Positions 36,872 to 43,960 of a stretch of 43,960 nucleotides of DNA are shown here, piece by piece (positions within the stretch are counted from its first letter, which is position 1; every line of letters starts with the position of its first letter). The notes beneath the pieces were generated by a model. The model was not told where the DNA came from, did no database searches, and saw only the letters and a list, made by a program, of their open reading frames with translations. Origin of the DNA: a virus (Duplodnaviria > Caudoviricetes); the IMG/VR virus record IMGVR_UViG_3300022671_000006, positions 1 to 43,960 of that record. One strand, given 5' to 3'. A program made the position numbers and the translations under genes.

Positions 36872-39055
36872 TTATACCTCCGCTGTCCATGTAAAACTAA
36901 GCTTTCCGATAGAATATCCTGTTTGAGATGAATTTCTTTCTCTGTCAATGATGAATCCGTCGTCGGTAACGGAGGACGCAGAGATAGTCCAGTTCGCTGT
37001 ATCGGAAAGGTTTCCTGTTCCCAGTTCGGCAATTTGCCTAAGCTCAACGCTTGATGTTGTAATTGTTACCGTCGGTGTGCTTGCTTTCGTTGTTGCGTTG
37101 CGAATACGAGGAGTCCTTATCCTCGGAAGGTTCGACCCTGAAAGTGACATTGGGAAAAGCTGCTCGCCTCCGTCACCTGTCTCGTAATACCGTTGACAAC
37201 GCATCAGTTCGATGGAGGGGTCTTCTGGCATAAACGATATAGCTTGATCTCCACGAACAAGCATAACATCGTCGATATAGATGTCTGACGTGTTTGTGGA
37301 ATCCACCTTAAAATACAACCTCATGTCGGATCCCTTCGTGTGCGTTACGGTCAAAGTTTCTGCTGATCCGCTTCCTGTGTGATAAGAAGAATGGACTTCC
37401 GTTGATCCGTTATACATAACCAAGCGGATCGTGCTTGCTGTCGTGCAGACAACCCTTGCAGACGCCGAGTATGACTGTCCAGCGCTTGCGTCATTACTCC
37501 ATCGTTCAGGGATTTGGTAAACCCGAAATTCACCCGCAGCACCAGATGTAACATTTATCCGCATCGAGTAGCTGCCGTGTCCAAGGTTGGATGTTGAGCG
37601 TGAAACGGTATATGTCGGGCTAGCTGTTTTATCCCCGATGTACCATTCGTCAGCAAGGTAATCTCCGTTGGCCGGACTGCTAAAAGACGCCCCCCTTTGC
37701 CATACTTCCATCCCACCGTTAACAAGCATATTCAGCGTGTTGTCGTAGGGGATGGTGGAGGTCGGAAATTGAGATGATGCGTTCAAGGCCAAAAGTTTAT
37801 TAGCCTCCGGCGTGGCTGAAGCTGTTATTCCACTAACTGCCCCCGCGTCACCAACACCCACATTAACAGCCCAAATAAAAGATATTAACCGTCCAGTAGC
37901 CACCGGAAGAATCATTGTTACCGTATCAACATCTGTTTCCGTATAATCGACGCCCGGAGTAAGCGCCACGCCCTCATAGTAAACTTTCAGATTGGCGCCG
38001 CCCATAATGTAACCATCTTTAAGATCGAAAACTGTTAAGGATCCGGTGTAGTTATCTTTTGGAGTTCCAACAACATAATTTTCCCTAAACTCTTCCGAAC
38101 CGCCGCCGCCGCTGAGGTTTAAGAAAAACCGAGCATCGGTAATATCCGCCTGATTGATAACAACGGTTCCTGTTTCATTGATGAGAACATGGGCCAGAAC
38201 TTGCACATCCGTCGGATATAGAGGGGCCACCGGAGAAGCCGATTGCGCTCCGGCTGTGATCCCCAAAACTCCGGAGTCGTTAATCGTTAGCAAGTCGATA
38301 CGCGAGTCAGCGGTAACAGGGCTAAACACCGGAGAACTGCCCCCCGCAAATTCCACTCTGTTGCTACCTGAAGAGTTGACGAAGTGGCCTGACCAAACGA
38401 GAACAGTATTATTCGGGGTGGCCTGTTCAACGGGTTTGAGTAAATTGATATCGGCTACCGCAAGGGCGGCGGCCGCCTCAGAAGCGGCCGCATTGGATTC
38501 AGAAACAGAAGCCGCGGCTTCACTTGCCGCAGCGTTGCCTTCGGAAACCCCCGCCGCAGCTTCGGAAGCTGCTGCCGCAGCCGCCGCGGCTTCGGCATCC
38601 GCCACCGCGTCATCAATATCTATAAGGTAATCTTCTCCGGTTTGGCCGGTCGAAATGTCCACCTTTGGGCAGCGGTCTAACTGCTCTTGAAGACCTTGCG
38701 TAATCATCGTGAGATAATCCAAAGCGTCTTCTTGAACTTCGGCAAAATAGCCACCTTGGTTTTCTAAATCGGTCGGTTGCAGTAGAGGTGATTCGCGGTT
38801 AATTGTGATCTTGTACCCACTTGGAAGGGGCGATCCTGAAATGGGGTAAGTGACGTTGCCACCGCCCTCATCGCCAACACCGGAGACAGTGTAATCGGTG
38901 TTTAACACCGGATCCGGAAGAACGCGCTCATCGTTGTCATCCGCGATATAGACACCCAAATGACTTGCATCTGTAATCTTAAAAGTGTAGGCGAATACCG
39001 TGGTGGCAGCGTTACCAGTGTATTGGTTCTTAGATACTTCCGTTGAAATGGTCAT
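36872..39055 (-). CDS. tail fibre protein
   Basis: T7 gp17-like anchor (YTGNAATTVFAYTFKI, DYTVSG); Ala-rich AAASE repeats; C-terminal NGGMEVWQRG...ELMRCQRYY domain. Confidence 0.88.
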   Translation of the reverse strand: MTISTEVSKNQYTGNAATTVFAYTFKITDASHLGVYIADDNDERVLPDPVLNTDYTVSGVGDEGGGNVTYPISGSPLPSGYKITINRESPLLQPTDLENQGGYFAEVQEDALDYLTMITQGLQEQLDRCPKVDISTGQTGEDYLIDIDDAVADAEAAAAAAAASEAAAGVSEGNAAASEAAASVSESNAAASEAAAALAVADINLLKPVEQATPNNTVLVWSGHFVNSSGSNRVEFAGGSSPVFSPVTADSRIDLLTINDSGVLGITAGAQSASPVAPLYPTDVQVLAHVLINETGTVVINQADITDARFFLNLSGGGGSEEFRENYVVGTPKDNYTGSLTVFDLKDGYIMGGANLKVYYEGVALTPGVDYTETDVDTVTMILPVATGRLISFIWAVNVGVGDAGAVSGITASATPEANKLLALNASSQFPTSTIPYDNTLNMLVNGGMEVWQRGASFSSPANGDYLADEWYIGDKTASPTYTVSRSTSNLGHGSYSMRINVTSGAAGEFRVYQIPERWSNDASAGQSYSASARVVCTTASTIRLVMYNGSTEVHSSYHTGSGSAETLTVTHTKGSDMRLYFKVDSTNTSDIYIDDVMLVRGDQAISFMPEDPSIELMRCQRYYETGDGGEQLFPMSLSGSNLPRIRTPRIRNATTKASTPTVTITTSSVELRQIAELGTGNLSDTANWTISASSVTDDGFIIDRERNSSQTGYSIGKLSFTWTAEV

Positions 39056-39070
39056 AGTGTCGTCTCCTTA

Positions 39071-42000
39071 TTACTTAATCGCGTTTTCGTAGAACCGATC
39101 TACTTGTTTGTAAAAATTCAGAAGTGGCACGCCAAGCTGAAACTCCGTAAATCTTGCGTATTCCCAAAGGGTTTTGCTCCACGCCTGTTTACCTCTAACA
39201 GAATCCACCGTTCCCCAAAACGCTCTTGAAAGCCTTGTGACCCCTTCAAAAGCCGGCGACGATCCTATGTCTTTATTGTATTTCCGAAGCCCGGCGACAT
39301 CGCGGATGAGAGGGATCCAAGAAATAAGCACTTCAAATGGTGCCATCCACCAATCTTCGGCTTCAGGTTCTTCGCCTCTGAGTATTGTACCAACTATCAT
39401 GGCACCCCACGAAGCCATAAAAACTTCATATATGACGTGACGGAAATAATCTTTGTTGGAAATAGCCCCGTCTCGCCACCCCTGATACTTCGCGCCGAAG
39501 CGGTTTCCGGCTTTGAACGTCCATGTCATAAAGGACGTAAAGAGTCGCAGATATCCTTCGCGGGATTGGAGCCGGTTTAAATCAATCGGCAGCGCGGAGG
39601 GCTGCGTGGTGCGCACAATCGCATCCGCGTATTCCACCGCGGCTTGCGTGTTCTGCTCTTCGGTAGCTTCGGCGTTGTACTTTTCCGTCATAAACTTATC
39701 GAACGCGCCCGTCCAAACGACTCCAACGGTGGCCCGGTCATTCATCTGAATCCACTCGAACATAAAATCTTGCACGTCTTTCCAAGAAAATTCTTTCCCG
39801 TAAATCGTGAAGTTCTTCACATCCGGCTTAAAGCGGCTGTGCATGTCGGCCAATTCCCGGTCGATCGCCTTCTGCCGGGTTCGCATATAGGGGGAGAGCC
39901 GAATGATCTTCTGCCACTTCTCAGAGTTCTCAATCCCCATAACCGAGCTTTTGAGATCCATCTGCCGGACACCCTGAAAGATCCCTTTCCATCCAATTTC
40001 TTGAATAGCAGAAAACATGGAGAGCCTTTGCTTCACACCGACTGAAATGTTGGCGCCCAAAATGGCGATGGTCGCAAGCGCCCGCTGCTTATCAACAATG
40101 GTATCCCAATAGCTGAGGCTGCGGCGCTCTGGAAGTGCCTGATACTCAACCCAACTACGGATGGCCTCATACGCCGGCCGCCCCGCTTTCTTCCGCACCA
40201 TCGCCCGCCACTCCGGAGTGAGCGTCACCCGGTTCAAATCTCGCATATATTCGGCATGGGAGATGTAGCGGGCGGTATCCGCTATGTGGGAATACCAAAC
40301 GCTGAGGGATAAGTTGGGTGGCAACGAATGGCCGGGAACACGGGAATAGGTCATCCCGTCTTCCGGCTTCGTTTTGCGAAACATCGAATTCTGCCGGTTC
40401 GACATAATGTCGGCTTCCCGCGCCTCACGCGTCTCTTTATTCTGCGACGCCTGATCGTTAATCATGTGGTCAAATTGAAGGGGGTAGTAACCCCCCTTTA
40501 GGGAAACAACCGTCCCATCCGCAGACACCGCATCGAGGCGTTGACCCTCGACTTTTGAGGTGTGGCGGTTATAAATCTTGTAATAGGTTTGATCCAGACG
40601 CCCAAATAACGTGTTGGTGGCGTCCCAAATACCCTGAATGGCTCTGAGTTCCTTCGCGGTGAATTGGCCCGTTATGATGGACATTTGGGCGTCTGTGTAC
40701 CCGTAGGAATTCCGGAGCGCCTGAAGGTTCCCTTCGTTCCCCATGTTCAGCACAAACGAAATAAGCCGCTCCGGTGTCCACCGAAAACGCCCCACCGCCT
40801 TCATATCCTCGATCATCGGCAGCCCTTTGATGTCAAAAGTGGGGCCACCATATTGCTTTTCGAGGCGTCTTTTAGCGTCGTAAATGATGCGCCAATTCTT
40901 TTCAGAGAGGTCATAAACCTCTTTCTTCAGCGCGTTGAAATCTGTTTCGGCTTTGATGCCGCGATTAAAGAGTGTGCGGAGTGGCCCGAACCGGCCGGTT
41001 TTCGTAAAGATGTAATTATCAAGCCTTTCAAAAAGGAACTCCACCATTTTCACCGGCGCCAAAAGTCCATCGAGGCGCTTCTGCAAGTTGCCTTTCGTCG
41101 TATATTCTTCGTAAATGGCTTTGTCTTTGATACCCTCCGCCGCCTTCACTGACGCCTCCACCACATCGGTGACGGTCTTGTACTGCGCATCTTGGATGGA
41201 TTTAAGCTCATCCCGGCCATACGCGGTAATGGCCCGAAGCGTATCGTCGAGTTCCCGAAGCTGCGACATTTTCAAATCCCGCCACGTCCGGAAACCTTGT
41301 GGTTTCCATTTGTTAATGACCCATTCAGGCGTTTGGTTATAAATGACTTCATCGGCTTCTTTCAACTCCGCGATAGCGTTTTTGTTTGAAGGCGCTATCC
41401 GCGGAGACGTAGAAAGCCCGTAAGCGGAAATCAAATCTAAGGCGGCCTGAGCGTAAACGTTCTCAACGTTTTTAAGCTTTGATTTCACATTGGTGGCGGC
41501 GTAACGATCCTCGATTTTAAGCTTTTCATCACGCGCCTTAATCGCTTCTTGAACCAAGGCATGGTTAAGAATTTGTCTTTTCTTTGCTTCATGTGAAGCC
41601 TCAAGATCACCGTTTTCAATAGCAACAAGAGCTTCTTTTGCGTATCGCTGCTCGGTCTTTGCGTAAAGGTCGTATCGAGTTGCATGGCTGACCTTTTTAT
41701 TTGAAATGATTTCTCGCGCTGCGTCTTTGTATGCCTTAGCTTCGACTCGTTCTGCACGCGACCCCCTCCGCCGAGCCAACTCTTTTTCCAATAGCTCAGC
41801 TTGAGCGATAAGATAAGTGAGTGAGGCGTCGTTGTGAATCGCCTCTTCGCCCGGCACCGTTTCTCCCCTTTCCAAGTCGCGCCGAATTTCAGCTTCCCTT
41901 TCGGTTACATAAGCTTCGGTTTTGAGGTCGATCGCTTCTTTGCGGCTAGGAGATTTTATAAGGGATTCAAGAAAAGCGGTTTCTTCAGAAAAACCGTACT

Positions 42001-43960
42001 CCGCCGCCAACTGTGCTACGGATCTTTTGCCATCCTTTTTCATCACACCGCGGTGGTTCTTCTTAATTGCGTTCACCGCATTTTGCCCGTAAAGCTGCTT
42101 CACTTCCGCAATCGGGATCCCGCCTTTATCCTGAGCGTCTTTAATCGCGGAGTAGAGCGGGGTGGCGTCCACTTCTTTGGTGGCTTTTTCTTTAAGCTTT
42201 GCGCGACCACCGGTGGCGGCCAAATAGGCGCGGAGCCTCATCTTGGTTTGCTTTTCAAGTGTGGTGAGTTCAGCCTTCTTTTTCTTGGCTTTCAAATCGA
42301 CTTTTTCTTGTGGCGAAGCCGGCATCAAATCTATGATCGATTTCTTAGACGAATAATACTCACGCGCTTCTTGCGCCTCTTCTTGAGAGGCCAAGAGCCG
42401 GTCAAAAACGCCGCGCACATTATCGTTGATCTCAACATTCAAGCCGCGGATAGAACGATAAATGGCAGTAAGCCACTCCCGAAATCTGTTAAACGCATCG
42501 GCCAATCGCACACTTGGCGCCCGACCTTCGCGCAGATACGCCTCGAAAGCGCGAGCCAACTTCTCTTGCGCCTCCGTCGATTCAATGTTGCCACCAACGA
42601 AGTCCCGCAAGACTTCAAAATCTGTAATCGTTTGCTGATCCGCTTGCCCCGCCTCCACTATCCGCTGCATGTCGCGCATGAAGATGTGGCCGGTTTCGTG
42701 GAGGAACGTGGAGAAGTTCGCGGAATTAAAGAGCCGGATTAAGGTTTCGTTGTCTCCGAACGTGACCGATCCCCGCGGCCGCTGCGCGTCTTGGAAAAGC
42801 GGTTGTCCTTCCAACGCCGCTTTACGGATAGCCGAGGTGATCGGAACTTGCCAGACCTCTTCAGTTTTCTTGAAATCTTCAGGACTCAGATTTGTTATTA
42901 CTCCGGCCTCTTGCTGTCGTCTGTTTTCACGGGAAATCGCTTCTTGGTCTTCCCCCACCTCTATATTAGTCGTGCCAACTCGCGCACTCTTGTCCATTCC
43001 TTTGACAATCTTCTGAACTGATTTCGGAAGGATCCGGTCGTAGAACCCGGCCATGCCTGTATCGGACACCCGCAAATCCGCCCCTTCAATCACGCCGGAT
43101 TGCTCAGTGCTTTCTAAAATTTGATCGCCAATGGCTTTGCCTACTGCGTCAGAAAGAGCGTTCTCCTTCTCGGTGGTGTTAACAACTTCCGATTCATCTT
43201 TGATACCGCGAAGCTGCACCCCGTCTTTCGTTTTTGTCCATTCCAATTTGTCGATGCTCTTCTGCAAAGCATCGCTATACCGATCCACCTGAACTTCGCC
43301 CGGCGTCCAAGCAATCTGATTATAGTCACCTTCCGCGGCCATACGAAGCGCTTGCTTAAACGCCAACTCATGCCACGTCTTTTTGAAAGGAGCGTTCGGC
43401 ACTTTCTCGTAGATATTGCGCTGCACTTCCGCCCGCTCTTTCCGCCAATAATTGACCGCGTATTCCTTCGCGGATTGTTCACTCGACACCACACCTTTCC
43501 CGACGGGCAGCGGTTTCCACCCTTGTGCTTTAACAATGTATTGGTGTTCGGTCTGTTCGACCACGGTATCTTCGATTTGTGGCGCCGCCGGAAGCGGCTC
43601 TTGATACCCTTGGCTGCGGCCTTTTTGGTGCCAATCGGATTGAATCTCTTCGATAAATAAGGTTTTCACCCCATTAACATCCACCCGGTCATTGACCCGG
43701 AGGTGGGTGAGGATGTTATCGTCAGGGAAATGCGCCGAATGAAAAGGCCGCTGCGCGAGTTTACTTACCGCGGCGCCAAGGTCGTCTAACCTCTTAATCT
43801 CTTCCGGGGTGGCGTCCCGAAGAATAGCTTCATCATTTCCATATTTATCACGAAGCCCTTGGCGGTACTTAGCGAACTCCGCTTCCGCTTCATACGAAGA
43901 CCGCGCCGGAAGGGTCATCAACACTTCCCGGTAATTCTCGCCACCCTCCAAAGTCCATCG
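39071..43960 (-). CDS. C-terminal part of the giant polyvalent ejection protein (continues from 4251-1)
   Basis: Open to the window end and in frame across the overlap; IEEIQSDWHQ domain, HETGH zincin motif at 42686-42700, helical C-terminus with hydrophobic segments. Confidence 0.9.
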   Translation of the reverse strand, partial: RWTLEGGENYREVLMTLPARSSYEAEAEFAKYRQGLRDKYGNDEAILRDATPEEIKRLDDLGAAVSKLAQRPFHSAHFPDDNILTHLRVNDRVDVNGVKTLFIEEIQSDWHQKGRSQGYQEPLPAAPQIEDTVVEQTEHQYIVKAQGWKPLPVGKGVVSSEQSAKEYAVNYWRKERAEVQRNIYEKVPNAPFKKTWHELAFKQALRMAAEGDYNQIAWTPGEVQVDRYSDALQKSIDKLEWTKTKDGVQLRGIKDESEVVNTTEKENALSDAVGKAIGDQILESTEQSGVIEGADLRVSDTGMAGFYDRILPKSVQKIVKGMDKSARVGTTNIEVGEDQEAISRENRRQQEAGVITNLSPEDFKKTEEVWQVPITSAIRKAALEGQPLFQDAQRPRGSVTFGDNETLIRLFNSANFSTFLHETGHIFMRDMQRIVEAGQADQQTITDFEVLRDFVGGNIESTEAQEKLARAFEAYLREGRAPSVRLADAFNRFREWLTAIYRSIRGLNVEINDNVRGVFDRLLASQEEAQEAREYYSSKKSIIDLMPASPQEKVDLKAKKKKAELTTLEKQTKMRLRAYLAATGGRAKLKEKATKEVDATPLYSAIKDAQDKGGIPIAEVKQLYGQNAVNAIKKNHRGVMKKDGKRSVAQLAAEYGFSEETAFLESLIKSPSRKEAIDLKTEAYVTEREAEIRRDLERGETVPGEEAIHNDASLTYLIAQAELLEKELARRRGSRAERVEAKAYKDAAREIISNKKVSHATRYDLYAKTEQRYAKEALVAIENGDLEASHEAKKRQILNHALVQEAIKARDEKLKIEDRYAATNVKSKLKNVENVYAQAALDLISAYGLSTSPRIAPSNKNAIAELKEADEVIYNQTPEWVINKWKPQGFRTWRDLKMSQLRELDDTLRAITAYGRDELKSIQDAQYKTVTDVVEASVKAAEGIKDKAIYEEYTTKGNLQKRLDGLLAPVKMVEFLFERLDNYIFTKTGRFGPLRTLFNRGIKAETDFNALKKEVYDLSEKNWRIIYDAKRRLEKQYGGPTFDIKGLPMIEDMKAVGRFRWTPERLISFVLNMGNEGNLQALRNSYGYTDAQMSIITGQFTAKELRAIQGIWDATNTLFGRLDQTYYKIYNRHTSKVEGQRLDAVSADGTVVSLKGGYYPLQFDHMINDQASQNKETREAREADIMSNRQNSMFRKTKPEDGMTYSRVPGHSLPPNLSLSVWYSHIADTARYISHAEYMRDLNRVTLTPEWRAMVRKKAGRPAYEAIRSWVEYQALPERRSLSYWDTIVDKQRALATIAILGANISVGVKQRLSMFSAIQEIGWKGIFQGVRQMDLKSSVMGIENSEKWQKIIRLSPYMRTRQKAIDRELADMHSRFKPDVKNFTIYGKEFSWKDVQDFMFEWIQMNDRATVGVVWTGAFDKFMTEKYNAEATEEQNTQAAVEYADAIVRTTQPSALPIDLNRLQSREGYLRLFTSFMTWTFKAGNRFGAKYQGWRDGAISNKDYFRHVIYEVFMASWGAMIVGTILRGEEPEAEDWWMAPFEVLISWIPLIRDVAGLRKYNKDIGSSPAFEGVTRLSRAFWGTVDSVRGKQAWSKTLWEYARFTEFQLGVPLLNFYKQVDRFYENAIK
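43889..43960. repeat. 72-bp terminal direct repeat, right copy
   Basis: Identical to 1-72. Confidence 0.97.

Noticed and set aside
36868-37047. N-terminal extension of the second fibre gene given in the ORF track
   Set aside because: Overlaps the main fibre in another frame; a clear RBS and ATG exist at 36867
36004-39055. Diversity-generating retroelement as in BPP-1
   Set aside because: No reverse transcriptase or Avd gene; the two fibre copies differ at all base types, not only adenines, and both are coding
43889-43960. Terminal repeat as a biological T7-like DTR
   Set aside because: It falls in the middle of an open gene and keeps frame only when collapsed; best explained as an assembly overlap of a circular or permuted genome
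1-43960. Alternative genetic code or stop-codon recoding
   Set aside because: Genes are full length in the standard code and TAA, TGA and TAG all end well-supported genes

Overview
The window is a complete, circularly closed ~43.9 kb tailed dsDNA phage genome. Bases 1-72 are identical to 43889-43960, giving a unit length of 43,888 bp. The minus-strand late module resembles BPP-1/T7-type podoviruses: small and large terminase, two small Met-Cys proteins, portal, scaffold, major capsid, Bbp16-like protein, tail tubular A/B, a GNAT protein, three internal (ejection) proteins, two paralogous tail-fibre genes and a DUF5675 lysin candidate. The replication module is APSE-like: primase-polymerase/AAA helicase with an iteron-rich origin, RuvC-like resolvase, SNF2 helicase, DUF2800 nuclease, DUF2815 SSB and a family A DNA polymerase. 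No integrase, RNA polymerase, reverse transcriptase, tRNA or CRISPR array was seen. The ORF track misses the largest gene, a ~3,022 aa polyvalent ejection protein that spans the contig junction. Other notable items are a methyltransferase plus double-GT2 glycosyltransferase pair, a nested-repeat Ser/Thr-rich protein in the head cluster, a signal-peptide protein with four outer-membrane-type beta-strands, a membrane micro-protein with a clamp-binding-like motif, and apparent CCWGG avoidance. The host is probably diderm. All family assignments come from motif recognition by eye, not database searches.
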